A DNA stretch of 55,105 nucleotides, taken from contig JAQGDQ010000040.1 of the NCBI GenBank assembly GCA_030141605.1, positions 920,300-975,404 of the forward strand, read 5' to 3'. Shown here piece by piece: positions 27,929 through 42,527 of the stretch (positions within the stretch are counted from its first letter, which is position 1; every line of letters starts with the position of its first letter). Below the pieces are notes generated by a model, which saw only the letters and a program-made list of their open reading frames with translations, made no database searches and was not told where the DNA came from. The stretch is from Tubiluchus corallicola (Eukaryota; Animalia; Priapulida). Both the position numbers and the translations under genes were made by a program.

Positions 27929-29814
27929 TCCACCTGTGTAAGAGAGAAAGACACTCACAAATACACTCAATATGTCTACCTGTGTAAGAGAGAAAGACAC
28001 TCACAAATACACTCAATATGTCTACCTGTGTAAGAGAGAAAGACACTCACAAATACACTCAATATGTCCACCTGTGTAAGAGAGAAAGACACTCACAAAT
28101 ACACTCAATATGTCTACCTGTGTAAGAGAGAAAGACACTCACAAATACACTCAATATGTCTACCTGTGTAAGAGAGAAAGACACTCACAAATATTCTCAA
28201 TATGTCTACCTGTGTAAGAGAGAAAGACACTCACAAATACACTCAATATGTCTACCTGTGTAAGAGAGAAAGATACACTCAATATGGTCCACCTGTGTAA
28301 GAGAGAAAGACACTCACAAATACTCTCAATATGTCCACCTGTGTAAGAGAGAAAGACACTCACAAATACACTCAATATGTCCACGTGTGTAAGAGAGAAA
28401 GACACCCACAAATACACTCAATATGTCCACCTGTGTAAGAGAGAAAGATACACTCAATATGGTCCACCTGTGTAAGAGAGAAAGACACTCACAAATATTC
28501 TCAATATGTCTACCTGTGTAAGAGAGAAAGACACTCACAAATACACTCAATATGTCTACCTGTGTAAGAGAGAAAGTCACTCACAAATACTCTCATTATG
28601 TCCACATGTGTAAGAGAGAAAGACACTCACAAATACACTCAATATGTCCACCTGTGTAAGAGAGAAAGACACTCACAAATACACTCAATATGTCCACGTG
28701 TGTAAGAGAGAAAGACACCCACAAATACACTCAATATGTCCACCTGTGTAAGAGAGAAAGACACTCACAAATACACTCAATATGTCCACGTGTGTAAGAG
28801 AGAAAGACACCCACAAATACACTCAATATGTCCACCTGTGTAAGAGAGAAAGACACTCACAAATACTCTCAATATGTCCACCTGTGTAAGAGAGAAAGAC
28901 ACTCACAAATACACTCAATATGTCCACGTGTGTAAGAGAGAAAGACACCCACAAATACACTCAATATGTCCACCTGTGTAAGAGAGAAAGATACACTCAA
29001 TATGGTCCACCTGTGTAAGAGAGAAAGACACTCACAAATATTCTCAATATGTCTACCTGTGTAAGAGAGAAAGACACTCACAAATACACTCAATATGTCC
29101 ACGTGTGTAAGAGAGAAAGACACTCACAAATACTCTCATGTCCACATGTGTAAGAGAGAAAGACACTCACAAATACTCTCATTATGTCCACATGTGTAAG
29201 AGAGAAAGACACTCACAAATACACTCAATATGTCCACGTGTGTAAGAGAGAAAGACACTCACAAATACTCTCATTATGTCCACATGTGTAAGAGAGAAAG
29301 ACACTCACAAATACTCTCATTATGTCCACATGTGTAAGAGAGAAAGACACTCACAAATACACTCAATATGTCCACGTGTGTAAGAGAGAAAGACACTCAC
29401 AAATACTCTCATTATGTCCACATGTGTAAGAGAGAAAGACACTCACAAATACTCTCATTATGTCCACATGTGTAAGAGAGAAAGACACTCACAAATACAC
29501 TCAATATGTCCACGTGTGTAAGAGAGAAAGACACTCACAAATACTCTCATTATGTCCACGTGTGTAAGAGAGAAAGACACTCACAAATACACTCAATATG
29601 TCCACATGTGTAAGAGAGAAAGACACTCACAAATACTCTCATTATGTCCACATGTGTAAGAGAGAAAGACACTCACAAATACACTCAATATGTCCACGTG
29701 TGTAAGAGAGAAAGACACTCACAAATACTCTCATTATGTCCACATGTGTAAGAGAGAAAGACACTCACAAATACTCTCATTATGTCCACATGTGTAAGAG
29801 AGAAAGACACTCAC
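27929..29814. repeat. 46-bp satellite/minisatellite, ~41 copies
   Basis: Unit ccacctgtgtaagagagaaagacactcacaaatacactcaatatgt, with SNP variants and occasional shortened units. Confidence 0.96.
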
Positions 29815-30733
29815 TTGAAGAAAAACGAGTTGCACTAAAAAGAACAATAATTTATCCTTGTCTAAAAATGCTAAAAAAATTAACCTGTAATTTTTTTATT
29901 TTAAGATATAATAATAAATTTAAGAGACCACGTCATGCACACTCTACTCATGGACAATAATACCACTGAATTTTAAACAAAGTTAAACGTCATAATAACG
30001 TCATCCAATTACACAGTAGAAATTCGCACCATCACATTCTTTGCATTCTTTTCATTAAAAAACTAAACAGCCGTATTGTCAAATAAGCAAATACATCTAA
30101 TTCTTTATATTTACTTTTATTATGCAACCATGTTTATGAAAATAATTAGTTGATTATACACAAAAATATGTAGACATAAATATGTTAAAGAATTAACATT
30201 TTTCTCTACCTATGCAGATAATTTAGACAATTTAATGTAATTCATTAATTTAACTTGAAATGGCGAACAGCACTTGGCAAATGGCATGTTTTCTTCAAAT
30301 ATACAGATGACAGACAGATTCATGGAAGGTAGTTGAAGTTAAGTATCAAACTATCATCAATAAATCTGTAAGATATATTTACATATGAATATTTATGGAT
30401 GCCAAATTTGTTAAAGTGCATTATCTTTAACACTATTTTACAAAGCACAAAATCTTATAGAACGTTCGTTGTTTGATAAACATGCAATGAAAATGATTTT
30501 TCCCTATGAATCGTACTTGAGAAAAAAGTATCATTGTTCATACAAAACTTACAAAATTTACCTTATAAGAACTGCTTAACAAAGCTGAGTGTGTTGTACC
30601 AGCTAATGGCAGGGTAGATAAGTCTAACCCTGCTGATTAATATTAATTATAAATTCAGAAATTCTGGCATGATGATGTTGCGGTGACCCATCCAAAAATT
30701 TTGTTTGAGATTAAATACAATTTGGGAAAAATC

Positions 30734-33700
30734 TTAGCAAACTAAGTAGCCATTGAATATGCTTCCATAAGAAGCATTCTGAATGGTGGAACCATCACTC
30801 CCATATGTGACATAGACTTCATCTCCTGTTTCGAGATGAAGAATAACAGTCTTTGTTATTTCAAGCCAGAGATCATCACCTGCAACAAAATAATAATATT
30901 TTTAAGTACAACTTGTGTAAGAGCGAATACTAGTCACAAGGATGCATCAGTTTATATCAATGTCAGGATTATTGTTAACATCACAAACCGAGAATTGAAA
31001 AAATTTAGATACCAAACTTGAAAAATAGGAAATACGAAAAAGTTATAGGCAGGATGGATTTGAACTAGCGCCCTGTTGCTTGCAAGGCAAACGCTCAGCA
31101 CCACATTCCCTGGTGATCATGGTTATCCATTATATTACAGCTGGTTAACTAAATTAGCACTTAAAAAGTTAAAGCACTCAAACTAGACAGATTTATTTTA
31201 ACTAATTTGAATATTTTTGGTTTAATTTGATTAATTATTGTAGTATTTCATTAAACCAAGTTTTTCAACCTGCGGTATTAAATTTTAATGTTTTGTATGT
31301 TGTAATGCAGACAGAATGATGATGAGTGGCTGTCATGCCATAGTTGTGACATAGTGACTGTTTTCTAATTTTGATTGCCTCAATTTTGCAGGCTATGTAA
31401 AAACTTTAGAGGACCAACTCAATGACGTACATCATTTTAAGTGGCCTTTACGTAACATGCAGATGCAGTTGCATTTTGGTGGATGCGGAATAGACAAAAT
31501 CGGTTTATTATATTATATCATTTGTGGAGGCTGCGGATGTGTTATTATTTTTCTCCAGCAATTCCGTATTAATTTTTTCCACAGTTTTGCAAGTAGAAAA
31601 TGCATCAACATATGCATCCGATTTCTTAGAATGCCAAGTTAGACGAGACCCCTGAACTCGAACCCAGGAATAAAATGGCACAAGACTTTGTTTAAAAGAC
31701 AGAATTACAGTCTCTTAACCTCAATAGATGGTCAAGCTGAAGTGCAATTGGACACCTTTGGTCATTCTCGTCCACCTTACAGACCACATCGTACTTAACA
31801 TGACAGTGATGAGGAAACAATCAGATTTTATCCTCTGCTGCATGATAGTCTTACACAGTTGGAAATCGAAACTTGCATGCTGGCAAACATTCTACTGAAG
31901 TCTCACCAGTTAGTTGTACCACTGGAATCGTTAGCTGTTGCCTAGTACTGAACAATTAAGCCTCGTGTTAACCACTAACCAAGAGATGGGACTGGTTGCA
32001 GCCCGTATTTTTCTGTATTAACTCAAAGTGCTCTTGCTCCATAAATAAATACATAAATCTCTTTTTACAGCACTTTAGGTTTGCAAACTCGTAATTAAGG
32101 GTGCACCAATAAAACCTGCCAATAAAGTAAAACTTAAACGAATCAAAATTTCATCCAAACTCAACCGACTAAAAGAAAATCTTAAACTCTACTAAATAAT
32201 TTTGTAGCCTCGTGCACAGACTAATGATATTTGAAATTATGCAACAAAAACTGTTATCTTCCTTTTGCACTGCATTTGGAAATCTTGTTGTCACGTTGCG
32301 GAAGGCATTATTCAGCTTTCCTTTATTATGCTAACTCCATTCAAAGTGGGAGCCTTGATTTTAAAGGGAGGGGGCGGAGCTTTTACCCTATTATGTGTTT
32401 AAACTTTCGTTCATTCAAGGACACAGAACATGTTATTTTAAATGCTCTTCAAAATAAAAACATCTATAAATCGAAATTCAATCATCTCACCTGAACGAAA
32501 TTCACAAATCCTACCTTCCGATTGGCTGAAATTTAAATACTTACCTGTTTCACCTGTGCAAAATCTATATAAACAAGTGCCGCCTTCTGATTCCTTGAGT
32601 TCAGTGGTTGCTGGTATTAGTGGTCTCCTAACTGTTTGGGTGCCAATGTGAAGTAACCCCTCAAGGGTAGATTCCTTTTTTATGTTTTATGTATAGCCAG
32701 GTAGTTGTTCATTTCGATTACAAAAATTCTTTCTTACATTAACATTTTAATTTTACAAAATCACTAAATTAGTCAAGATTATGGGCGGGACTTATGCCAC
32801 TCATTCAATGCTAATTAATGTCTCTCAGGCATTTGGTTCACTAATCTCGTTTCAGGATGAGGTACTCAAACCATGGCGTCTCGCCCACCGATAGCTCTGG
32901 TTCAAACCATTCAGGAGCTATTACAACTACCCTGCTGGCTAGTACCGACGAACAGTATTTTTTGCTATTTTATGTTTCACTTATGCATTTTTGTTTAAGT
33001 ATAACAATACTTCTTTTACAAATTATTATTATCAGACGAATTAAAATGAAGAAAACATAATTATGTTAATGAATAATTAAACTAGAATTGCAAATAAGGT
33101 GAGTGAGCTTTAAACAATCAATAAGTAATTGACAAATGGGATGGACGGTCATCAACTTGTGAATGAATGAACAAATGAACGTATGAAATTTAATGAATAT
33201 GATATTATTGTAGAAAATTAGTTTATGTAAAAAATTGTTTAGTTAAAACTCTTGAGTAATGAATGTGTTAGCATGGATGTAGACAAGGTGCCTCATTGCA
33301 AATAGTTTACTAAACAAGTTTACCTGGATGATGGAGATAAACAACATTATTCCCATTATGCTTAAGATAGGCAACATGACCTGATGAGCTTCTGCCAGCC
33401 TGTACATTCACTTCAAATGAGTAAGTACCAGTAACAGGTGCTTTGAATTTTCCTGTAAAGTAAAAAACCAAATTAATGTTTATGTCTTTATCTAATGAAT
33501 AAATTTAATTAAAAAAGTACCCAGAAGTTAATCCAAAGGTGCACATATGTGATCTTTGTTCTTTTATTGTGTAACGTAATGTAAAATTTGTTCATACTAT
33601 GTACTATCGTACATAAAATCTTAGCGCTAAATAAAAATATGCATTTAAAAATCAAAATATTGAACTGCTGTCTATTTGCAACAGAGGCAGGGAGGATAAT

Positions 33701-35812
33701 ACTGCAGCCCTAACAGAGTTGTGTCGCACATTTATGCTTAAGCTAACAAATGTTTAAGCTGAAACAAAATTATTGATTCATATAATTGAATTAAATTGAA
33801 TTATCGATTTATTATTAAGCACATTGCAAACACAGCATACCGAAATAACAACTCTGGAAAAAATGACACAGGTGGCTCGTTTGTTGCAAAGCCTGTGAGT
33901 GTAAACAGAGCTGGATAAGAGAACACCACTGACCACTGACAAGGATCTACAGTACACCTTCCCTTTTCAGAAGCTCCCTTTGTGCATGTGATTAGTTGTT
34001 TTTACTACTACACAGTCAGAATTTCAATCTGCTCTAGGTAAAGGCACATTCACATGCACACCTGAGAGGTTTACTGCATTCCCTTGTCAGCACTTACGTT
34101 TACCCATATTTAATTTCATTTTTTTTAAATTTAATTTTAATTTTTTCATTAGCCTACTCCAGCACTGAGTTTGCTCCCCCCGCCCATGCCCCCTCAATCC
34201 TGACAAAGAAGTTTCCTCTTTGATTGGGAGGAAGTAAAAAGCACCACCCTCAGAAACTGAAATGCAAAACAGACTGAAAAACTAAGTCTTAGAGAAAAAC
34301 AATTATGTGAAACGATTACTGAATTCGAAATTAAAACTTGAAAATAATATCATTTTCTTGTTCAATTAAGTTAAAGTCAATCGTCGTATTTCACATAACA
34401 GCTTTTTATAACAGCGAACCGACTTAGAAAACTACCAACAAAGTATGTCTCAGTTGTCTTCGTAAAGTATGTAAAAATAAATGCAATGAGATCATCCATT
34501 ATCCGTTAAGCAATTCATACGATCTGCATTACGCAACGGTTCATTCAGTATGAATCACCATAGCTTGAAAGGCAACTGTGACATCAACTGCAATGGTAAG
34601 GTGTGAACCAGCCTTTAACAAGCCAATGCAGTTTTAATACTACGGCTATAATGCCTTGGTTAGGTTGCTTCTCTGTAAAATACAAATGCTAGTGTTCTTG
34701 TCAAATGCACAGGGAATTCCACGATTTTTCGTAACAAATCCAGCATAAAATTTATTCAACATAAGTATTAGCTTCTGTGATGAAAAAAGGTGCAACAGAT
34801 GGAAAAAGTAGTAAGTATTGTATTTGTAAGGCCATCTTAATTTGTACCGAGAACAAACATTTTTGCAAGACAAATCTGCATCAATGATAAAAATCAGCAT
34901 CTTTGATAAAAATCAGAATCTTTGATAAATTCGTTTGTAAAGTTCAAATGCAAATGTAACTTAGCACCCCATGATCAGTAACAATATTGGCAACTTTAAC
35001 TTGTAAAAGAATAATTTTAACACCTTGCGCCATGTTTGACTGAACTTAGGGTTGGTCAGTGGTCAAATTTCATCAGTTGTGAAGCTAAAAATAGGACCAC
35101 GAAAGAAAGGAAATTAAGCAAAACAAATATAGGGTATAGCTAGTGGCAGATTATGTCCCTTTGGAGCACCTAGACTAAATAACTTTTAAATATTTTGCAA
35201 ATCAAATTAACGCATAGGCCTATCTAAACACAACCATGGTGAAAAAGTGTATTTTTATACCCAGCATTATGACAATAAAACAATAAAAATAAAAATAAGT
35301 TTGTCATATTGATATCATTTCAGTTTATGAAACAATTTAAAAGCTTTAACATTTGGAAAATTAAAATCGTTGTTTTATAAAAATTCTAAGATTCTAAAAT
35401 CAATCATTGTCTATATTTAAAACATGGTAAGTCAATGGACTGGGACTCCAGGATTCACAGCTTGCCCCAAATGCACACACACGCATGCGCGCACACACCC
35501 ACACCCACCCACCCACACACACAAACGTACATGCATATGAGGTGAGTATTTTCCAATAAATCCTGCTAGGACATTAATGTTGTGTGGAATCAAAATGTCA
35601 GCCAGACCATTTCAATAATGTTTAGATGGTATGATGATAGAAGCAAATATTATATTATTTTCATGTTGGGACGCATTGTTAACTTATAGCAAACCACATA
35701 CCCGTGGACGACGAATATACATTTCCATAATTGATTCGGATCCCTCTAAATTTCACGATGTCTCCACGGCTTCCAGTGCTGCTTTGTGGTGAATCAACAG
35801 AGAAAGCAAAGG
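30734..35812 (-). CDS. Spliced C1q-domain-containing protein, last three exons (35702-35812, 33324-33452, 30734-30879)
   Basis: GT-AG introns, all phase 1, join in frame: FAFSVDSPQSSTGSRGDIVKFRGIRINYGNVYSSST-G-KFKAPVTGTYSFEVNVQ..YLKHNGNNVVYLHHP-G-DDLWLEITKTVILHLETGDEVYV..SIFNGYLVC*. This is a complete gC1q motif set. Confidence 0.88.
31048..31110 (-). other. Degenerate tRNA-like sequence (Ala-TGC-like; pseudogene or SINE head) in a C1q intron
   Basis: The - strand reads tggtgctgagcgtttgccTTGCAAgcaacagggcgctaGTTCAAATCC: A-box-like, anticodon-arm-like and B-box-like elements, but a poor acceptor stem. Confidence 0.35.
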
Positions 35813-36612
35813 CTGAAATGAGAATATTTCTTGTCATTTTTATCATCTCGAGCTGGTCAATATTACTATGTCATCACAGTCAAAGATGTTTCTACAATTA
35901 TCACCATCCTTTCCATTATCCAGAGTAATTTGGTACCAACAACATGGATTAGCCACAATCTATTCAGTGCATCAATCATTGTGAACTCATATCAATACGT
36001 TGTTAAACATCATTGTGCCGTCAATGGTGACTCAAAATGAGGGGTTGAACTTTGTAACCCAGGATGGTTTGCCCTAAAAATAGGACAGGAATAGGAGGAG
36101 GCATAAACAAAATTACAAGTAAGAAAGAATCAAGACTACATGAAATTGTCCAATGAGAAACAAGATCAGTGAATTATGGTGGATATTGAAATGTTTTTTT
36201 AATTTACAGCTGACATGTTAGCATTAATGCTATTCTGCTACGTCTTGCTGTATTTGTTTGTATTTATGGTATCAGGATGAGCAAATGGGCTAATAAAGTC
36301 CTCTGTTGTTCTATAAACAGTTTCACTCTGTCGAGTTGCTCACATCAACCCTCAGCGACTCCTGCCAGTAATTCCGGATATTGCTAGATTTGTTCATAAC
36401 ATGCATTGAAAGTGAAGCACAAAGGAAAAACACATTAGCCAACCCAAGTCAGATGCTTAGAGACCGTTTGCATGATAAGACAACAATGCTTGTTGCACTA
36501 GAGAGAATTAAAAATGAATTTGCAAAAATGAAAATATAAATTAAAGTAATCAGATTGTAAGCTAAGAAAAGGGTTAACACAAACTTTTGAGATGTAGTTT
36601 CTTAGTGGATAC

Positions 36613-36775
36613 TTTCTGGAAGCATTACTGGATAATTGTAAAATATTGTGATCCAGTTTCCAGGTGAAGGTTGGTGGTGGATTAGCTTCAGTTTCACATT
36701 TCAGCTCCAATGTTGATAACATTACAATCTCTAAACTTCCAGTAATAATACTGAGATTTGCAGTGTGTGGTTTGT
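36613..36775 (-). CDS. Immunoglobulin-domain exon (N-terminal half of an Ig domain); parent gene uncertain
   Basis: AG/GT-bounded; KPHTANLSI..TLELKCETEANPPPTFTWKLD carries the Ig B-strand Cys and C-strand Trp. The presumed next exon (~35900-36073) contains stops. Confidence 0.65.
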
Positions 36776-37594
36776 CTAATAAAAATAAATCATAAAATTT
36801 TACTCAGGATATTAAACACAGAGCTTGTAGACATAATAAGTAGACATCTTGTTTTTCTTTTTACTTTGTAGTTTTTGCTATTGTTAACTGCCTTTTTGCG
36901 AAACTGTTATTGATAGTTGTGGTAATGACCTGTTTTGATTTATCTAAACGAACTAAAAAGTAAATAAAAGTAGTAAAAAATAATCATAATAATTTACTCC
37001 ATTTCGTATGAGATTTTGTTGTCGGAATACTTGAAATCTATGTATATTGTGATCAACATGGAAAACCATAATGCCTATGTAGACCCCGTAACATCAAACC
37101 TTAGAACCGCTGGTTTTTCAAGTGAACTCTTCGACATTGCAACTTCTCTAAAGACATATTAATTACACATATGTTGTTGATTTTTCAGGTTCATATGCCT
37201 TGTTGCCCTCTGGTAAATTGCAGGACAACAACTGCCCACATATGTTGCCTAACCCCTTTTATTTTTAATAAAAGATGATGCAACAAGTTAGGCAGATTTG
37301 GGGATGAGTTGGGAGGTAAACAACCATAAATGCACTCTCACCATAAATGTCTACTAGCTCCCAACAATGTGCGTTTCTATTACGTGTGCTTACATTAAAT
37401 GAGGGAAACTCCAGGTATCCCATGCTGTCATGGAGTCTCAAGGGTCTAATTACTAGTTTCTGTGACTTTCATTTTAACAGGTTAGTACGAAAGCCTTAAA
37501 GGAGCTGTGAAGACTAGACGAAGCCAAGTTTCCGGAAAGTCAGTAAGTCTGGTTGAAAGACATGGCTTCTTATTTGAACCTTGAATTGCACGTA

Positions 37595-38061
37595 CTAGAC
37601 ATCTTAGACATCATCAATCCCTGCTCACTCTTCTTAGACGTCTTCAATCCCTGCCCGCTCTTCTTAGACATCTTAAATCCCTGCCCGCTCTTCTTAGTTG
37701 TCTTCAAGCCCTGCTCTCACTTCTTATACATCATCAAGCCCTGCTCTCACTTCTTATCAAGCCCTACTCACTCTTCTTAGACATCATCAAGCTCTGCTCA
37801 CTCTTCTTAGACGTCTTCAATCCCTGCCCGCTCTTCTTAGACGTCTTCAATCCCTGCCCGCTCTTCTTAGACATCATCAAGACCTGCTCTCACTTCTTAG
37901 ACGTCATCAAGCCCTGCTCTCACTTCTTAGACGTTATCAAGCTGTACTCACTCTTCTTAGACGTCATCAAGCCCTGCTCACTCTTCTTAGACATCATCAA
38001 GCCCTGCTCACTCTTCTTAGACATCTCCAAGCATTGCTTATACTTCTTAGATGTCATCAAG
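37595..38061. repeat. 30-bp minisatellite, ~15 copies
   Basis: Unit cttcttagacatcatcaagccctgctcact with variants. Confidence 0.9.
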
Positions 38062-39872
38062 ACACAACAATCTGATACAGTGTGGCCTCAAGTCTACTCT
38101 ATTTTTAGGGAGTCTTAATTTGGCCTTGGTGATCAGTTTTCCTGGAATAGGAACCCACCCAGGCAGTAGCAAGCAGGCGATCAATGAATTAGTGTGTATG
38201 ATCACGCAAGTCTACGCCAGATTAAGCTCAATAGGCCAAGTTGTAGTGACTGAAAAGGATGTGTTTTTCTTAATTTCATCCAATCATACCACTTATAAAC
38301 GTTTAAACAAATAGCATGATTGGATAGCCGAGATTATCCTGAATAGAGCTGTACATAATTTGTAATCATTTAGTTATGTCTGTGCTATTACAGTCAGAGG
38401 TCTTATAAGATCTATTTTGAGTGGTGTGGTCCTGAAGGAGTTAACAGATTGATTCGTCCCGCAATGGAGAAGCTTAATGGCTTTGATTTTCCAGTATTCT
38501 GGCAGCTCAATGACTCCGTGTGGAAGGCAATAAAAATACGGCTATATTCTTATTCACGTGCTCCAAATGTTGATATAGCTGATTGATCATCGTGTTTGCA
38601 GGGTCAGGACAGAAAGTGTGGGGTCACTGATTGGACATCGTTCGTTACCCCTCCCTAGCTATTATTCGTGATTCGGCAATTTCATTCAGATTATAAAATA
38701 CTTAAAATAACAATTAAGCATTAAATATTCAGACCGACATACAGAATGAGTGTAAGTGAAATCAGTTTTGTTACTTTTGTACATATACACGTACGCAAGA
38801 TGGTCTACTTCTAATTTAAAAACAAAGTTTAATATTGTTAAAGGGAGAACGGATGATTGTTTAGACTCAATCTCACTTTAATTTACTGTCGGAAAAAATA
38901 TCAATTGTTCCTTATGTTTGAATAATTAGCTTAGAAAGTTAATGAACGGCAGCCGAACACACCCATTGCTTGTCAGAAACAAACCACAGTTTGTGCAATG
39001 GCAGGTGTCTTCCCGTTCGCGTCAAACACTTTTGCATTACTTTGCGTTCTTCGCGAGCAGCGCACAGGATCATGGGTAAAATGATGTTATTCGATGTGTA
39101 AACAAACCCTTGTGGCAAATTATATTATCGTCAGTTTCAACAACAACTTTAATGATGTAGAGTGCTGCAAAGTTGAGTTGACTAACAAAATAAAATGAAT
39201 TTTTAGAAATCAGTATGGTGCCAACAACAATGACAGCAAATCTAGTCTGATGTCATAGTGTAGTGTGGCACAGCTCGGCTTAAGGAGTATGATATTCGGT
39301 TAAAGTGCCACCTATCATTGACTTCGGCAACTAATTTTATTTCACTTTTTTACATAAAAAATGTTGGGTTCAGCTTTGACATTATCTTGAGGCTATTTGT
39401 AATTCAAATTTAAACTGAGTAAAAGCAAGAACCAAGAACAAGTGAACTAAGATTAAACAACAATTTATTTTATTGGCTTTGCTATAAAATACAGCTAATT
39501 TTAGTTAGGTGAAATCCACAATCATCAAAACAATTCTTGTTTCTAGTTAAAGAAATCTTTCTATAGCAATTGCAATTGGTCATGCAAAGAATGCTAGAGT
39601 CCAGGTTTCAGTAAGATTAAGCAGTCGCAATTTTCTTGCCAATCCTGTGTATATGTACTATGTTCCTGTTCCACATTTAACTAAAAGTGAGCAAAACTAT
39701 GATCCAGTCTCTTCTTTCACTTATTTGTATAAGATCTCGAATAACCCCGGATCAATAACTAGCTGACTTGTGATCTGCAACTTTTTTCAAGTAGAACTTT
39801 ATATTTTTGCTGATTCAGTCCAAATTATTTTTCTGCTTTTGCATAGTTTGCTAGCTTTTAGCTAGATATCTT

Positions 39873-40620
39873 GAACTCTTAATTCTGCAGCTCTTTTAAT
39901 TCTGCAACTCTTTTAATTCTGGAACTCTTTTCAATTCTGGAACTCTTTCATTCCAGGAATTTTCTGCAACTCTTTTCAATTCTGCAAGTCTTTTAATTCT
40001 GGAACTCTTTTAAATTCTGCAACTCTTTTAATTCTGCAACTCTTTTCAATTCTGGAACTCTTTTTAATTCTGGACCGCTTTAATTTTGCAACTCTTTTCA
40101 ATTCTCGAACTCTTTCAATTCTGGAACTCTTTTAATTCTGCAAATCTTTTGAATTCTGGAACTCTTTTTAATTCTGGAACTCTTTAATTCTGGAACTCTT
40201 TTTAATTCTGGAACTCTTTTAATTCTGCAACTCTTTTCAATTCAGGAACTCTTTCAATTCTGCAACTCTTTTCAATTCTGGAACTCTTTTATTCCAGGAA
40301 TTTTCTGCAATTCTTTTAATTCCAGGAACTTTCTGCAACTCTTTTAATTCCAGGAACTTTCTGCAACTCTTTGAATTCCAGGAACTTTCTGCAACTCTTT
40401 GAATTCCAGGAACTTTCTGCAACTCTTTTAATTCCAGGAACTCCTGGAACTCTTTTGATCTTGGATTTTCCTGGAACTTTCAGCAACTCTTTTAAATCTA
40501 GAAACTTTCTGGAACTCTTTTTGTCTCTGCAACTGCTTTAATCCTGGAACTCTTTTCTAGCTTCTCTTTTGGTTTCTAGAACCTAGTGTTTCTGGAACTC
40601 TTTTCTAGGTTCTAGATTCC
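39873..40620. repeat. Degenerate ~16-28-bp tandem repeat tract
   Basis: Recurrent aattctg[g/c]aactctttt and ttccaggaactttctgcaactc units. Confidence 0.85.
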
Positions 40621-42527
40621 TGACACATTCCAGCTAGTTTTGAAAGCTAGCTTTATCTAGTAAGTTAAAACTTACTTCTCATCCTGCTTCTCTTCCATGT
40701 TTAGATGAATGTTTAGTTGCTGTAGCTCTTTATCACTTTGAAAGTGTTCGGATATGTGTGGTCAATGGCCTGGCCCTCCATTTATATAGCCGCCTGAGCG
40801 TCGGCGTCGCTAAGTTCCCATGGATAGTGCATTGTAACCGGGGGGTGGGCTGTTCATTACACTTTGTTACTTTCAGTCTTCTAATTATAATTTCATCAAT
40901 TCGCTTTGCTCTTTTTAACAGCGCATATGTTTATCTACATTTAATCTAATTCATCAGCATATGTTTGATCCTTTTTGTTTTTATTTTCTTGTTTTCCAAA
41001 ACGGGAATTCACCGGGTTGTGAAGTTTCATCTGCGTGTGTTTATCTTTCGGTCAGCACCTGGTGGGTTCGCCAAATAACGAAGATGTGCCTAACATAAGC
41101 GCATCCATAATGGCTGCGCCCATAGCGCATGTAAACAATATTGAAATTCCGATGATTATATTTTTTAGAGAATATTACAATAGTATGCAAAGGTTCCAAA
41201 GGATATAGAGCGATAATGTTAATATTTTTTCCAATTTTGAATGCTTAATTATGTAATAGTAACTGTTACAACCTTAAGAAGTCAATGTTTCTTAAATTAA
41301 ATTATCAGCAATAACTTTGCAAACTCACCAGTGTCTAATAATCATATTTATGCCCACTGAAGGATAGCTGACTAGGTGACCTAAAGACAAAAACAACAAA
41401 CTGAATAAAAAAATTAAACAAAAATTAATTATTACAAAGCTATTATAATTTACAGGTTTTCTGCAGTGGGAGCATGCTGAAAATGAAAACAGTTGTCGAT
41501 ACGTGAAGGATTCTGGCTATCATCAAACCAAATTACAAAAGAAGACTATTGTCAGTGCCACAGGAGTGGTGTATATAAAGGACTTGGGTAAAGCAAGCAG
41601 CATGTGAAAGTGCAAGGATCAATGAGGCTAAGATTTAAATGCTCTGCAAGACTAACAGTCTGGACTAATAAAAATGGTAAGAAATTGTAGCTGTAAACTA
41701 GTTGACAATTTTTCTGACAAGTAGAAACTGAGTTTTGCAAATCTCAGTTTGGAACGCTATTCAGTAAACTAAAATTCATTAGTGATTCATTACTTACTTT
41801 CGATTATGGATGCATTCGTTAATTTACTTTTGCATAACTAAAACTATAGATGTCTTCAAGTTACCAGAAGTTTCTAGTTACTAAAAGCTAAATACAGTAC
41901 TATCCATCTTTCTGGTGAAAGTGCAAAGTATTTTTTTACATATGAAAGCTGAATAAGGAAACTTGTAAAAGACTCATATTATAATTATTTAATTCATATT
42001 ATACTCACATTCATATTATTTTTTTAATTTGCTATATTGGGTTCATTTCTATTAGCTTTTTTTATTGTAAATATATACAGATTAATACTAACTATAGTAG
42101 TAACTTTTTCAGGAACAAAAGTAATATACTAAGTGATCCACTCACATAGCTTGAGTGGCATCAGTCATTTAATTTTACGGAAGGAAGAACAGCATGAAAT
42201 AGTGGACATGTTGCCAATAAGAACATCCATTGACAAAATTGGACAACCTTGAAGCCAAAGTGTGTTGAGAGAGGAAATTTATTTTTACTGTACGTAAAAC
42301 ATAAGTAGACATTGACAAGCTGCAAGCATCGACTTAGCATTATTGTAATTCCAGAGCTGTGTTACTGTTGTAGCAAACTGATATGGTTGCAATTTTAATA
42401 TGAAGTCTGCTTTAGCTGTTCGCATTGTAAATGCTTGTCCAATTGTATGCGTAAATCAAACACTGTGACATACAATAGCAGTATTAACTAAAATCTTTAT
42501 AAGGATTTGAAATTTGGCTCCCTTGAT

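Noticed and set aside
28160-40422. ORFs at 28160-29123, 37553-38075 and 40237-40422
   Set aside because: Translations of tandem repeats with no protein-family features.
41329-41380. Possible small AG/GT-bounded exon on the - strand
   Set aside because: Too short, with no recognisable motif, to assign to any gene.
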